DNA from: Gammaproteobacteria bacterium
Lineage (GTDB): Bacteria; Pseudomonadota; Gammaproteobacteria; Arenicellales; Poriferihabitantaceae
Length of the DNA stretch: 64,000 nucleotides
Assembly (NCBI GenBank): GCA_011523765.1
Contig: WTGA01000163.1
Location: 9,100-73,099, forward strand
Direction of reading: 5' to 3'
The position numbers and the translations under genes are program-made. Numbering within the stretch: position 1 is the first letter of the stretch; each line of letters begins with the position of its first letter. Below the pieces are notes generated by a model. That model saw nothing but the letters and a program-made list of their open reading frames with translations, made no database searches and was not told the origin of the DNA. Below, piece after piece: positions 34,355 to 44,764 of the stretch.

Positions 34355-35683
34355 TCAACCTTGTCCGGGATGATCGGCCCGGATTCCCCGGTCGCGCAAG
34401 TCCGCCATTATATCACCGACCGTCTGAAATGACCCGAAGATTACAATCCGGTCCTCATTCCCGGCTTCCAGGAGTGCCCGGGCATAGGCCCTGGCAGGGC
34501 TGCCGTGCACACTCCACAAAGGATTGTCCAGTACCCGGTCGAGCCGGGCACCGAGATTTTTCGCGGTTTGACCCCGGTCCCCTCCGAGCGTGGCGAGATA
34601 CCAGTGGTCGGTCAGCCTTTCCAGTGGCAATACGATCCGGTCCAGCACCTTGTCCGCCAACACGCCGAACACGGCAACCGTTCTGCCGCGACAGGGGCGG
34701 GCTTCCAAAAACCGGGACAGTTGCACGGCAGAATCCCGGTTATGGGCCACATCCACCACGACGCAGGGGGTTTCCCGGATGACCTGGCAACGCGCGGCAA
34801 TGCGCGCCTGCCGGAGTCCGCGCTGCAAATCCTCCCGCGTGGTGCCGACTTTGTCCACGGTGGCGCAGACCACGGCAATACTGCCGCCCAGGTTCGAAAA
34901 CTGGTGGTCTCCCGGATACGGGACATGCATGTTTTCCAGCCTCCTCCATGAAGCGGGAATCACCGCATGGCGGGATTCCCAGTCGAAGGCGTTCCCGGAC
35001 CGGCGAATCCCGTAATCGACATCCGCGACCAGCAGTGTTGCGTTTCTTTCCGAAGCCGTGCGAAGGATGCTGCCCGGAATTTCCGGGTCGGCACACACCA
35101 CGACTCCATTTTCCCGGATGACCCCCGCCTTCTCCGCCCCGATTTTTTCACGGTCGCTCCCCAGCCACTGTTCATGGTCGATGCCGATGGAAGTGATCAA
35201 CACGATGTCGCTTTCCACCATGTTGACCGCATCCAGCCTCCCTCCCATGCCCACTTCCAGCAACCCGACTTCGACATTTTTCCGGCTGAATACCAACAGC
35301 GCGCACAAGGTCCCGTATTCGAAATAGGTCAGGGGTACCCCGCCCCGTGCCGCCTCAATGGTTCGGAATGCATGGCAGATTTCATCATCCGTGGCTTCCG
35401 AGCGGTTTATCCGGATGCGCTCATTGAATCGCACGAGGTGCGGAGAGGTATATGCACCGGTCCGTTTCCCGGTACATGCAAACACGCTCTCGAGGATGCT
35501 GATGGAGGACCCCTTGCCATTGGTTCCGGCCACGACAACATTGAATTCGGGCTGGGGGCATCCCAGGGCCTGCCAGACCTGCCGTACCCGGTCCAGCGTC
35601 AGGTCAATGGTCCGGCTGTGCTGCGACTGGATGTGTTCCAACCAGCGATCCAGATCGAACGAGGGAATCTCCGGTTTCAACAT
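34355..35683 (-). CDS. folC: Bifunctional folylpolyglutamate synthase/dihydrofolate synthase
   Basis: It is a Mur-ligase-type protein with the P-loop VAGTNGKGS. Confidence 0.93.
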   Translation of the reverse strand: MLKPEIPSFDLDRWLEHIQSQHSRTIDLTLDRVRQVWQALGCPQPEFNVVVAGTNGKGSSISILESVFACTGKRTGAYTSPHLVRFNERIRINRSEATDDEICHAFRTIEAARGGVPLTYFEYGTLCALLVFSRKNVEVGLLEVGMGGRLDAVNMVESDIVLITSIGIDHEQWLGSDREKIGAEKAGVIRENGVVVCADPEIPGSILRTASERNATLLVADVDYGIRRSGNAFDWESRHAVIPASWRRLENMHVPYPGDHQFSNLGGSIAVVCATVDKVGTTREDLQRGLRQARIAARCQVIRETPCVVVDVAHNRDSAVQLSRFLEARPCRGRTVAVFGVLADKVLDRIVLPLERLTDHWYLATLGGDRGQTAKNLGARLDRVLDNPLWSVHGSPARAYARALLEAGNEDRIVIFGSFQTVGDIMADLRDRGIRADHPGQG

Positions 35684-35773
35684 GCCAGTGTGTTCAGCGC
35701 ACGAAAGGGGGCGGAGGGTTCCGGAAGCTTTCGGAAAAACGATCTCGGGCCGGGCCGGGCATCGGTTCCGGGT

Positions 35774-36712
35774 TCAGACCAGCTCTCCTTCTATCACCGG
35801 ATCGTCCCGCCCGGTTTCCGCGTCCGGGCGGTCTGCGCCGGGGGCTGAAGAGGGCGGGCGGCCAAACCCCAGTTTTTCCAGGACCGCAATCACAGTCGGC
35901 TTGATTTCAAGCCGATTGACAATCATGTCGATGGCACCATGCTCGAGCAGAAACTCGGCCCGCTGGAATCCATCGGGCAGCGTTTCGCGCACTGTCTGCT
36001 CAATGACCCGGGGACCCGCAAAACCAACGAGAGCATTCGGTTCCGCAATGATGACATCGCCAAGCATGGACAGGCTGGCGGACACCCCGCCCATGGTCGG
36101 GTCCGTCAAGACGGAAATATACGGCAGCGCCTCCTCGCGCAACCGGGAAATGGCCGCCGTGGTCTTGGACATCTGCATCAGGGAAAACAGGGCCTCCTGC
36201 ATGCGCGCGCCCCCGCTTGCCGAAAAACAGATCAATGGCTGCCGGTGCTCAAGGCTGTGGTCCACCGCCTGCACAAACCGTTCCCCCACTACCGACCCCA
36301 TGGACCCCCCCATGAACCGGAATTCAAACGCCAGGGCCGTAACGGGGATTGCGGACAGCCGGCCCGACGCCCCCATCAGGGCTTCCGTCGTCTGGCTGCC
36401 CTTCCTGGCCTGCTGCAGACGGTCCCGGTACCGCTTCTGGTCCCGAAACTTCAGCACATCCACCGGTGTGATGTTCTCCCCGATCCACTGCACACCCTCC
36501 GGGTCGAGAAATGATTCCAGCCGCTCCTTGGCACCCAGGCGCATATGGTGGTTGCACTTCGGGCACACCTGCAGATTGTTGGTCAGTTCCAGCGCATAGA
36601 GCACCGCCTGGCAGGCGGTGCACTTGTTCCACAGCCCTTCCGGTACCCCCTTGCGCCGGATCTTGCTAACCGTCTTGATCTTCGGGGGCAGGATTTTGTC
36701 GAACCAGTTCAC
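35774..36712 (-). CDS. accD: Acetyl-CoA carboxylase carboxyltransferase subunit beta
   Basis: It has the zinc ribbon [16 protein letters not shown]. The start is probably the GTG at 36712 (VNWFDKIL), which has an AGGAA SD and overlaps the trpF stop as GTGA. Confidence 0.93.
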   Translation of the reverse strand: MNWFDKILPPKIKTVSKIRRKGVPEGLWNKCTACQAVLYALELTNNLQVCPKCNHHMRLGAKERLESFLDPEGVQWIGENITPVDVLKFRDQKRYRDRLQQARKGSQTTEALMGASGRLSAIPVTALAFEFRFMGGSMGSVVGERFVQAVDHSLEHRQPLICFSASGGARMQEALFSLMQMSKTTAAISRLREEALPYISVLTDPTMGGVSASLSMLGDVIIAEPNALVGFAGPRVIEQTVRETLPDGFQRAEFLLEHGAIDMIVNRLEIKPTVIAVLEKLGFGRPPSSAPGADRPDAETGRDDPVIEGELV

Positions 36713-37362
36713 CGGATTTCCTGATGGCCGAAAGGTGTCCGGGTGGTCCGGCAGGACGCCACATTGGCGCAAAACCGTTTGATTTTTTCCTTGTCCTTGA
36801 CCCCGTGTGTTTCCACGCCGCTGCTGACATCCACGCCATAGGGTTTGGCCAGGCTGATGGCCGATTCCACATTTTCAGCGGTTAGGCCTCCGGCCAGGAT
36901 GACCGGCTTGGTTCCGCCGTACCGGGCCCGGTGCCACTCGAAGGTTTTCCCGGTTCCCCCGTACGCATCGACGACATGGCTGTCCAGCAGGATGGCGTCC
37001 GCATCCGGATAACGCCTCTCCAGTGCCAGCAGTTCGGTGGACTCGGCGACCCGGAGCGCCTTGATATAGGGAAGATTGAAACTCCGGCAGTATTCCGCGC
37101 TTTCTTCTCCATGGAACTGGATATAGTCCAGCCGGAGATTCGCAATGATCTGGTCCAGGAAGTCCTTGTCCGGGTTCACCACCACCGCAACCTGGGAAAC
37201 AAAGGGAGCCGATACGGCATTGACCTGGCGAGCGCTTTCGATGGAAAGAAAACGGCGGCTCGGAGGGTAAAACATCAGGCCGAGCGCATCCGCACCGGCA
37301 TGGACTGCCTGCATGGCAGTGTCCGCACTGGAAATTCCACAAATTTTGGACCGTATTCGCAA
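36709..37362 (-). CDS. trpF: Phosphoribosylanthranilate isomerase
   Basis: [25 protein letters not shown] is a TrpF-type N-terminus. The truA-trpF-accD order matches Pseudomonas. Confidence 0.9.
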   Translation of the reverse strand: MRIRSKICGISSADTAMQAVHAGADALGLMFYPPSRRFLSIESARQVNAVSAPFVSQVAVVVNPDKDFLDQIIANLRLDYIQFHGEESAEYCRSFNLPYIKALRVAESTELLALERRYPDADAILLDSHVVDAYGGTGKTFEWHRARYGGTKPVILAGGLTAENVESAISLAKPYGVDVSSGVETHGVKDKEKIKRFCANVASCRTTRTPFGHQEIR

Positions 37363-37400
37363 GGGTATCCGCTGTCAATTTCAGGGAAGCAACCCCGAGT

Positions 37401-38183
37401 TTACCAAAATCGGCAGGGAGACGGTAAATCCGGCAATCCATACCTTTGCGCGTACCGGGCACCCACAAAATAAAGGCCGTCCGGCATGGCCGTGATTCCC
37501 CCCCGGGTGCGGTCCCTCCCCTCCAGGACCTCCCGGACCCACTGTACAGGGGCCTGTTTTCGCCCTGCCCGCATCAGTGTCCCGACGACATTGCGCACCA
37601 TGTGCTGCAAAAAACCATTGGCGGAGATGTCCATCCATATCCAGGACCCGGATTGATGCAGGGACAGTGAGTGCACAGTCCTGACCGGATCCCTGGACTG
37701 GCATCCAGAAGCCCGGAATGCGCTGAAGTCGTGGGTTCCGACCAGCGGGACGGCAGCATCCTGCATGGCCCGGATATCCATCTCCGCATGGTACCAGGCA
37801 ACCCGGCCATGAAGATAGCTTGGACTGACCCGTCGGTTCAGGATGACGTAGCGGTAGCTTCTTCTCCGTGCCCTGAACCGGGCGTGGAAATCCGGCGGAA
37901 CCTCCTGCGCCCAGACCAGTGAAATGTCAGCCGGCAAATAGGTGTTCACCCCCATGCGCCATTCATCCCGGTTCCGCTGTGCAGTGGTATCAAAATGGAC
38001 AACCTGTCCCGTACCATGCACCCCGGCATCGGTCCGTCCCGCTGCGGTCACGGTAATGTCCTCATTGGCCACGAGGCTGGCCGCCCGCTCCACTTCGCGC
38101 TGAACCGATGGCACGTGTTGCTGCGCTTGCCAGCCATGGTAACTCACCCCGCAGTACTCAATGCAGGCAGCGATACGTTTCAT
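37401..38183 (-). CDS. truA: tRNA pseudouridine(38-40) synthase TruA
   Basis: It contains the GRTDAGVHG catalytic motif. I used the ATG at 38183 (MKRIAACIEYCG); the alternative start at 38255 would overlap recR. Confidence 0.9.
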   Translation of the reverse strand: MKRIAACIEYCGVSYHGWQAQQHVPSVQREVERAASLVANEDITVTAAGRTDAGVHGTGQVVHFDTTAQRNRDEWRMGVNTYLPADISLVWAQEVPPDFHARFRARRRSYRYVILNRRVSPSYLHGRVAWYHAEMDIRAMQDAAVPLVGTHDFSAFRASGCQSRDPVRTVHSLSLHQSGSWIWMDISANGFLQHMVRNVVGTLMRAGRKQAPVQWVREVLEGRDRTRGGITAMPDGLYFVGARYAQRYGLPDLPSPCRFW

Positions 38184-38232
38184 GCGGATGGGAACCAACG
38201 TCCGGACACGGGTCAGGATCCGCTCCTTGGAA

Positions 38233-38832
38233 CTAGGCCGACCGTCTGTCGGCAAACGCCTGGTTCAGGGTGGCCGGGTCCATGTACTCCAGTTCGCCGC
38301 CCATCGGCATCCCCCTGGCAAGCCGGGTGACCTTCACGTTCTTGTCCTGGAACAAATCGAGCAAAAAATCAGCGGTCGCCTGCCCTTCGAGGGTTAAATT
38401 GGTCGCAAGAATGATTTCATTCACCGATTCTTCTTCCACCAGCTTCAGCAGCGCATTGATTCCCAACTGGTCGGGACCAATATCATCCAGTGGAGACAGG
38501 TGCCCCATCAGCACGAAATACATCCCCCGGTAAATGCAGGCCAGTTCAATCGCTTCCAGGTCGGCCGGGGTTTCCAGCACACACAGAACCCGGGGGTCGC
38601 GCTTGTCGGATTCGCAGATCGGGCACAGGTCGGATTCGCTGAAGTTGTTGCAGCGCCGGCAATGGTTTACCTTGGACAGGGACTGCTGGATCGCTTCCCC
38701 GATCTGGCGGGCGCCTTCCCGGTCCCGTTCCAGCAGGTGGAAGGCCATCCGCTGTGCCGACTTGGGCCCGACACCGGGCAGTCTTTGCAGGGCCTGCTTC
38801 AGTGCTGCAACCGAATGGGGATCAGTCTTCAA
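38233..38832 (-). CDS. recR: Recombination protein RecR
   Basis: It has an HhH motif (LPGVGPKSAQR), a C4 zinc finger (CRRCNNFSESDLCPIC) and a Toprim domain. Confidence 0.95.
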   Translation of the reverse strand: MKTDPHSVAALKQALQRLPGVGPKSAQRMAFHLLERDREGARQIGEAIQQSLSKVNHCRRCNNFSESDLCPICESDKRDPRVLCVLETPADLEAIELACIYRGMYFVLMGHLSPLDDIGPDQLGINALLKLVEEESVNEIILATNLTLEGQATADFLLDLFQDKNVKVTRLARGMPMGGELEYMDPATLNQAFADRRSA

Positions 38833-38839
38833 CGGGCGG

Positions 38840-39163
38840 TCAAAAGGGCAATTTGAAGCCGGCGGGAATATTCAGGCCGGCGGTCAGTCCACCCATTTTA
38901 TCCTGGACCCGGATTTCCGCTTTTCTCACCGCATCATTCATGGCCGCAGCCACCAGGTCTTCGAGCACCTCCCTGTCATCCTGCATCAGCTCCGGATCAA
39001 TGCTCACCGCCTTCACGTCATGCCGGCAGGTCATGACGATTTCCACCAGGCCCGCTCCGGAGGTTCCCGTGACCTCGATCCTGGAAAGTTCTTCCTCGGC
39101 CTTTTGCATGTTCTCCTGCATCGCCTGAGCCTGTTTCATGATATCTCCCAGTCCGCCTTTCAT
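38840..39163 (-). CDS. ybaB: Nucleoid-associated protein YbaB/EbfC
   Basis: This 107-aa protein ([18 protein letters not shown]..) sits between dnaX and recR. Confidence 0.93.
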   Translation of the reverse strand: MKGGLGDIMKQAQAMQENMQKAEEELSRIEVTGTSGAGLVEIVMTCRHDVKAVSIDPELMQDDREVLEDLVAAAMNDAVRKAEIRVQDKMGGLTAGLNIPAGFKLPF

Positions 39164-39325
39164 CGCTCTTTCTGCCCTTGTCAGTCCAAATGTTTTTCAG
39201 TCAGCCAATTTGTAAAACAGCACGCCATCTGGAGTCAAGCACTAATCGCCTGCCGGACCATCCTCATGCGGCCAACCCGGATCAGCGGGCCTCACCTGCC
39301 CCGGCCTTCTGTCCGTCCCATGCGT

Positions 39326-41017
39326 TCAGGCGGGCTGAATCGAATCCCCGGCAATTTCGGCATCAAACAAATCTACGATTTCCCGGACATCCGGGTCCCG
39401 GGTGAATTGCTGCCGCGCCTGGTCCCGGTCCTGTTGTTTTTTCCGTGCAATCGATTGCGTGGGGGTCTCAATCCCGGAATCCTCCCGGGACAAATCCCGT
39501 ATATTCACCTTCAGGTGGAGGTCGAGGTCCAGTTTTTCCCTGAAATGGGTTTCGATCTGTTTCACCCTTTTTCCGTTACACAGGTACCGGCTGGATTCAT
39601 TGAGAACCAGGCAGATGGTGCGGTCATGGACCGATTCCGGCACGGCATTCATCAGGACCTCTTTCAGGACCGCGTTCAGGCCGGCCCCTTCTATGAAGCG
39701 GTGCCAGGCGTCCTGGTCCAGCAGCTGCTTGAAATCCTCTGCGGAGACCGTGACCCGGGGCGCACTCACCGGAACCGTCTGTCCAGGACCTGCAGCGCCC
39801 GGCGCTCCCGGGGAGGCTTCCGGCCGGTCCACCGGTTTTCGGTTTTCCACCGTATCGGCCGGGGCCGTTTCTTTCCGTTTTCCAGGGTGCCCCGCCGCCG
39901 TTTGATTCGGGGGCTTCACGCTTCCCGGGGAGGCCCCCGGATTGAATGCCAGCATGCGTACCAGGGTCATCTCGAACCCGGAGCGGGCATCGGGGGCATA
40001 GTCCAGATCCCGTTTTCCCATCAGTGCGATCTGGTAGAGAAGCTGTACGGATTCAGGATCCGTATTCCCGGCAAGCACTCCCAGTTCTTCGGTGTCCACC
40101 CCTTTCCATTCGACGGACACCGGACTGACCTGGAAGAGCGCAAGGTTGTGCAGCATGCTGATCAGTTCATTCAGCGCACCCGCATAATCAACCGCCTGTT
40201 CCGCCATGCCCGACACCGTCGACAACAGCTGGTCGCCCTCGCCCTGGAGAATATGGGTGAGCAGCTGGAGGATAAACCGGTTGTCGATCATCCCCAGCAT
40301 TGCCCGGACCCGTTGTTCGCTGACATCCCCGTTGGAAAAGGCGATCGCCTGGTCCAGCAGGCTCAGTGCGTCTCGGACACTGCCATGGGCGGACCGGGAG
40401 ATCCGCATCAGCGCGGAGGATTCATGCGGGATTTCCTCGGCAACCAGGATTTTTTCCAGCTGGGCGGCAATGCCGCCGATATCGACCGTCTTCAGGTTGA
40501 ACTGTATGCAGCGCGAGAGAATCGTGGTGGGAAGTTTCTGGGGATTGGTCGTGGCAAGCAGGAACTTGACATGTTCGGGCGGCTCTTCCAGTGTTTTTAG
40601 CAGGGCATTGAAACTGTGGGTGGAGAGCATATGGACTTCGTCAATCAGATAGATCTTGAAACGGCCCTGGGTCGGCGTGTACTGCACGTTGTCCAGCAGC
40701 TCCCGGGTGTCATCGACCCTTGTCCGGGATGCCGCATCGACTTCGATCAGGTCAATGAAATTTCCGGCATCCACCCCGTTGCAGGCGGTGCAATTTCCGC
40801 AGGGCTCGGCCCGGATGCCGGTTTCGCAGTTGAGCGCCTTGGCAAAGATTCTTGCCAGGGTGGTTTTTCCCACCCCCCTGGTCCCCGAAAACAAAAACGC
40901 ATGGTGTACCCGCTGGTGGGTCAATGCATTGGTCAGCGCCGAAACCACATGCGCCTGGCCCACGACTTCTGAAAACAATTTGGGGCGCCATTTTCGCGCA
41001 AGGGCAAGATAGCTCAT
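39326..41017 (-). CDS. dnaX: DNA polymerase III subunit tau/gamma
   Basis: It is an AAA+ clamp loader with GTRGVGKTT, DEVHML and SRC motifs (ILSRC). Confidence 0.95.
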   Translation of the reverse strand: MSYLALARKWRPKLFSEVVGQAHVVSALTNALTHQRVHHAFLFSGTRGVGKTTLARIFAKALNCETGIRAEPCGNCTACNGVDAGNFIDLIEVDAASRTRVDDTRELLDNVQYTPTQGRFKIYLIDEVHMLSTHSFNALLKTLEEPPEHVKFLLATTNPQKLPTTILSRCIQFNLKTVDIGGIAAQLEKILVAEEIPHESSALMRISRSAHGSVRDALSLLDQAIAFSNGDVSEQRVRAMLGMIDNRFILQLLTHILQGEGDQLLSTVSGMAEQAVDYAGALNELISMLHNLALFQVSPVSVEWKGVDTEELGVLAGNTDPESVQLLYQIALMGKRDLDYAPDARSGFEMTLVRMLAFNPGASPGSVKPPNQTAAGHPGKRKETAPADTVENRKPVDRPEASPGAPGAAGPGQTVPVSAPRVTVSAEDFKQLLDQDAWHRFIEGAGLNAVLKEVLMNAVPESVHDRTICLVLNESSRYLCNGKRVKQIETHFREKLDLDLHLKVNIRDLSREDSGIETPTQSIARKKQQDRDQARQQFTRDPDVREIVDLFDAEIAGDSIQPA

Positions 41018-41056
41018 TCAGTTCAGCAGGTTCCGGGGTTTTCAGTGTTGGTAGAG

Positions 41057-41168
41057 GTGGCGGATCCCATGCGCCTGGTCCTGACACCCGATTTCGCTGC
41101 TGCGGCTGCTTCCTTCCGGACCTGACCGGGTTCACAACGCATCGCCATCAGGGAGACCCATTTTCACC
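41057..41168 (-). ncRNA. ffs: Signal recognition particle RNA (4.5S, ffs)
   Basis: The reverse strand contains an exact helix-8 core, GGTCAGGTCCGGAAGGAAGCAGCC (41127-41104), with flanking complementary arms (GGCG..ATGCG / CGCAT..CGCC). The ends are approximate. Confidence 0.8.
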
Positions 41169-41192
41169 GCCATAGATGAAAAGTCCTCTTCG

Positions 41193-41215
41193 ACCCGGAC
41201 AGGTTCTGTCCGGGT
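41193..41215. other. Perfect 10-bp stem hairpin (ACCCGGACAG-GTT-CTGTCCGGGT) between ffs and putA
   Basis: I read this directly from the sequence. No adjoining U-tract occurs on either strand. Confidence 0.4.
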
Positions 41216-41350
41216 TGCCGCTTATTCTATGCAATTTGCCGCCCAACGGATACCATTTTCTCATGGGTTTGCCGGAATTTCGGTGTTCATTGGAGGAACG
41301 CTCCGGTTAATGATAAGGTTTGCCTGATCAATCCGCATCGAGAGGATGCA

Positions 41351-44300
41351 ATGAAGAGGCTTCCCCCCGTATTGGCAGACCGGGATCCTGCCCGGACCGC
41401 CATGTACGAACATTACCACGCCGATGAGACCCGGTGTGTCAAAGCGTTGCTGCACATGCTGGAGAGCACCGAAAGCCAGCAGCGGAGGATCGAATCCCAG
41501 GCCGCCGAACTGGTCGAGCAGATACGGCACCAGAATGAAAGCCATGGAGGACTGGATGCCTTTCTCCTGGAGTTCAAATTGTCCAGCGAAGAAGGCGTGG
41601 CCCTGATGTGCCTCGCGGAGGCACTGCTTCGCGTTCCCGACACCCAAACCGCAGACCAGCTCATCCAGGACAAACTGTCCGATGGGGACTGGGCCTCCCA
41701 CCTGGGAGGGAGCGAATCATTTTTTGTGAATGCGTCGGTCTGGGGACTGATGCTGACCGGCAAGGTCGTTTCCCTGGACAAGACCATTGTCGAAGATGCC
41801 GGCGATTTCCTTGGAAGACTGGTCGCACGCAGCGGTGAACCGCTGATTCGCGCAGCGGTCAAGCAGGCCGTCCGGATCATGGGAAAGCAGTTTGTTCTCG
41901 CGGAATCCATCCACCGCGGCCTGCGGACCGCAGCCGCCCGGGAGCGCGAAGGCTATACCTATTCCTACGATATGCTGGGGGAAGCGGTCCGGACCGCCGG
42001 GGATGCTGCCCGGTATTTTTCGTCCTACCAAACAGCCATCAAGGCCATCGGCACGCAGTCCGGTCCCAACGATCCCATTTCCAGCCCGGGCATCTCGGTC
42101 AAGCTCTCTGCCCTGCATCCCCGTTTCGAGTACGCCCAGCGCGACCGTGTTCTCACGGAACTCTATCCACGGCTGAAACAGCTTTGTGTCCAGGCAAAGC
42201 AATACCGGATCGGCCTGACGGTGGATGCCGAAGAAGCCGACCGACTGGACCCGTCACTCACCCTGTTGCAGCAATTGTGCAGCGAGAGCGAACTGGACGA
42301 CTGGAATGGGCTGGGTTTCGTCGTGCAGGCCTACCAGAAACGGGCGCCCCATGTCATCGACTGGATCGAACAGCTGGTCCTCCCCCGGAAGCGCCGCATC
42401 ATGATACGCCTGGTCAAGGGCGCCTATTGGGATTCGGAAATCAAGCTGGCCCAGCTGGAGGGGTACCCGGGCTATCCGGTGTTTACGCGCAAGGTTTCCA
42501 CCGACCTGTCCTACCTGGCCTGTGCGCAAAAACTGCTGAAGAATCCGGCCGCATTTTATCCCCTGTTCGCGACCCACAATGCACACACCGTGGCTGCCAT
42601 TCTGGATTATGCGGGCCCACGCCGGGATTTCGAGTTCCAGTGCCTGCATGGAATGGGGGAAATGCTCTACCGGCACGTGATGAAGACCTTCCGGGTGAAC
42701 TGCCGGATCTATGCCCCGGTCGGCTCCCACCGGGACCTGCTCGCTTACCTGGTGCGGCGGTTACTGGAAAACGGCGCCAACAGTTCCTTCGTCAACCGGC
42801 TGGTGGACCGGGAACGGCCGGTCGGGAAACTGGTCTCCGATCCGGTACAATCGGTCCGGGCACTGGCTTCCATTCCCCATCCGGATATTCCGCTGCCACA
42901 GGACATTTACGGTCACAGGAAAAATGCGCAGGGATGGAACCTGAACAACGAAATGGAACTGGTCCGGTATTTCCAGTCCATCGCCTCCTTTTCAGGAAAA
43001 ACCCATCACATGTACCCGTTGACTGCCCACCGGACCCGGTCTCCCTCTTCGCACCGGAAATCGCCGATCCGGTCGCCTTCCAGTGCACGGGAAATCGGCA
43101 CGGTTGCCACGGCAAGTGAAGAGGATGTCCGCCTCGCCGTGGAGGCGGCCAGAGCGGCGCATGCAGACTGGGATCGTCTGGGAGGAGCCGCACGGGGGGA
43201 CATCCTGTTGAATGCGGCGGACCGTTTTGAGGCACATCGGGACGAATTGATGTCTTTGTGCACCCTCGAAGCCGGCAAGACCCTCCGGGACAGCCTTGCG
43301 GAATTGCGGGAGGCCGTTGATTTTCTCCGTTACTACTCCCTCCAGGGTCAGCAGGAGTTTTCCCGGCCCCTCACCCTGGGCGGACCGACCGGAGAACTGA
43401 ACCAGTGGTCGCTCAAGGGCCGCGGCACATTTGTCTGTATCAGCCCGTGGAATTTCCCCCTGGCGATTTTTACCGGACAGGTCAGCGCCGCTCTGGCTGC
43501 CGGCAACTGCGTCCTGGCAAAGCCCGCCGAACAGACCCCTCTCATCGCATTTCGGGCCGTGCAGCTGTTGCGTAAATCCGGGGTTCCCGACCCGGTGCTG
43601 CAGCTGCTGCCGGGAGAAGGCGGGTCCGTCGGGGCACAGCTGGTCCGTCACCCGGCCATTGACGGGGTCGCGTTCACCGGGTCGACCGACACCGCAAAAA
43701 CCATTCAGCGGTCCCTGGCGGGGAAGCCCGGCCCCATCGTCCCGCTCATTGCTGAAACCGGCGGAATCAATGCCATGATCGTGGATTCCACGGCCCTGCC
43801 CGAACAGGTGGTGCGCGATGCCGTGCAATCTGCCTTTCAAAGTGCCGGTCAACGCTGCTCTGCATTGCGTGTCCTGTATGTACAGCAGGACATCGCCAAG
43901 GAAATGATCACCATGCTAAAAGGCGCGATGGATGAACTCAAGATCGGTGACCCGGCGGAAATGGACACGGATGTCGGTCCCATCATTGATCCGGAATCCC
44001 GGGCGAATGTGCAGGCCTATGTCCGCAGGAAAGCCGAATCCGGCACCCCTGTCTATGTCAGCGGCCGGATGACGGGAAAAAAACAGGGATATTTCTTCCG
44101 CCCTGCCCTCCTGGAAATCTCCGGGATCGGCGAATTGAAAAAGGAAGTATTCGGCCCCGTGCTCCATGTCTGCCGATTCAAGGCTTCCGAGATCGACCGG
44201 GTGGTCGATGAGATCAATCACGCGGGATACGGGCTCACTTTCGGAATACACAGCCGGATCGAGTCCACAATCGAACGGATCACGCGCCGGATAAAGGTGG

Positions 44301-44497
44301 GGAATGCGTACGTGAACCGGAACACCATCGGTGCGGTTGTCGGCATCCAGCCGTTTGGCGGCGAAGGGTTGTCCGGTACCGGTCCGAAAGCGGGCGGTCC
44401 GCACTATCTGCATCGCTTTGCCGTGGAGCGTTCCGTGAGTACCGACACCACTGCGTCGGGAGGAAACGCGTCCCTGCTGTCGCTGGACAGCCGGTAA
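41351..44497 (+). CDS. putA: Bifunctional proline dehydrogenase / L-glutamate-gamma-semialdehyde dehydrogenase PutA (short form without RHH DNA-binding domain)
   Basis: It aligns by eye with E. coli PutA from about residue 90 (FSLSSQEGVALMCLAEALLR.., YSYDMLGEA, LVKGAYWDSEIK, CISPWNFPLAIFTGQ, GQRCSALRVL, FGGEGLSGTGPKAGGP). The total length is 1048 aa. Confidence 0.95.
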   Translation: MKRLPPVLADRDPARTAMYEHYHADETRCVKALLHMLESTESQQRRIESQAAELVEQIRHQNESHGGLDAFLLEFKLSSEEGVALMCLAEALLRVPDTQTADQLIQDKLSDGDWASHLGGSESFFVNASVWGLMLTGKVVSLDKTIVEDAGDFLGRLVARSGEPLIRAAVKQAVRIMGKQFVLAESIHRGLRTAAAREREGYTYSYDMLGEAVRTAGDAARYFSSYQTAIKAIGTQSGPNDPISSPGISVKLSALHPRFEYAQRDRVLTELYPRLKQLCVQAKQYRIGLTVDAEEADRLDPSLTLLQQLCSESELDDWNGLGFVVQAYQKRAPHVIDWIEQLVLPRKRRIMIRLVKGAYWDSEIKLAQLEGYPGYPVFTRKVSTDLSYLACAQKLLKNPAAFYPLFATHNAHTVAAILDYAGPRRDFEFQCLHGMGEMLYRHVMKTFRVNCRIYAPVGSHRDLLAYLVRRLLENGANSSFVNRLVDRERPVGKLVSDPVQSVRALASIPHPDIPLPQDIYGHRKNAQGWNLNNEMELVRYFQSIASFSGKTHHMYPLTAHRTRSPSSHRKSPIRSPSSAREIGTVATASEEDVRLAVEAARAAHADWDRLGGAARGDILLNAADRFEAHRDELMSLCTLEAGKTLRDSLAELREAVDFLRYYSLQGQQEFSRPLTLGGPTGELNQWSLKGRGTFVCISPWNFPLAIFTGQVSAALAAGNCVLAKPAEQTPLIAFRAVQLLRKSGVPDPVLQLLPGEGGSVGAQLVRHPAIDGVAFTGSTDTAKTIQRSLAGKPGPIVPLIAETGGINAMIVDSTALPEQVVRDAVQSAFQSAGQRCSALRVLYVQQDIAKEMITMLKGAMDELKIGDPAEMDTDVGPIIDPESRANVQAYVRRKAESGTPVYVSGRMTGKKQGYFFRPALLEISGIGELKKEVFGPVLHVCRFKASEIDRVVDEINHAGYGLTFGIHSRIESTIERITRRIKVGNAYVNRNTIGAVVGIQPFGGEGLSGTGPKAGGPHYLHRFAVERSVSTDTTASGGNASLLSLDSR

Positions 44498-44577
44498 GGG
44501 AAAGTACACCCCCTCAAAAACCGGGCTGGCCGGGTACCGGTCCCCGCGATCCGGCACCCCTTCCCCGGAGCCATCCG

Positions 44578-44597
44578 GGACCCACGTGGGCTTTTTT
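44578..44597 (+). terminator. Possible putA terminator (short GC palindrome CCCACGTGGG + T6)
   Basis: GGACCCACGTGGGCTTTTTTG lies 80 nt after the putA stop. The stem is short. Confidence 0.4.
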
Positions 44598-44707
44598 GCG
44601 CCCGCCCGGGAAACCCGGAATCCACGGCACCGGTTTGAGCGTTTTGATGGACATGGGCGCTTGCCCGCATCCCGAACCACAAGGCATCTCCCATTGCGCT
44701 GGAGCGT

Positions 44708-44757
44708 TGTGTCGGGAGCAGATATACTTCACCGATTCCCGCGGTATTCCCGACACA
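44708..44757 (+). promoter_or_regulatory. 10-bp perfect inverted repeat (TGTGTCGGGA..30 nt..TCCCGACACA) just upstream of the 5'-nucleotidase start
   Basis: I read this directly from the sequence. The 3' arm ends 8 nt before the ATG at 44765. It could be an operator or a leader hairpin. Confidence 0.35.
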
Positions 44758-44764
44758 CAGCGAA

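Noticed and set aside
39421-39450. dnaX programmed -1 frameshift site (A AAA AAC on the coding strand)
   Set aside because: The run lies near the extreme C-terminus (..IARKKQQDRD..), not at the tau/gamma boundary. It is not the A AAA AAG heptamer and has no downstream stem-loop.
38534-40600. 688-aa plus-strand ORF spanning recR, ybaB and dnaX
   Set aside because: It is antisense to three well-supported genes. Its R/G/P/S-rich low-complexity translation is typical of the stop-poor antisense frame of GC-rich coding DNA.
41215-41325. PutA autoregulatory operators (GTTGCA sites as in E. coli)
   Set aside because: This PutA starts after the position of the RHH DNA-binding domain, and the repeated motif is TTGCC(G/T), not GTTGCA.
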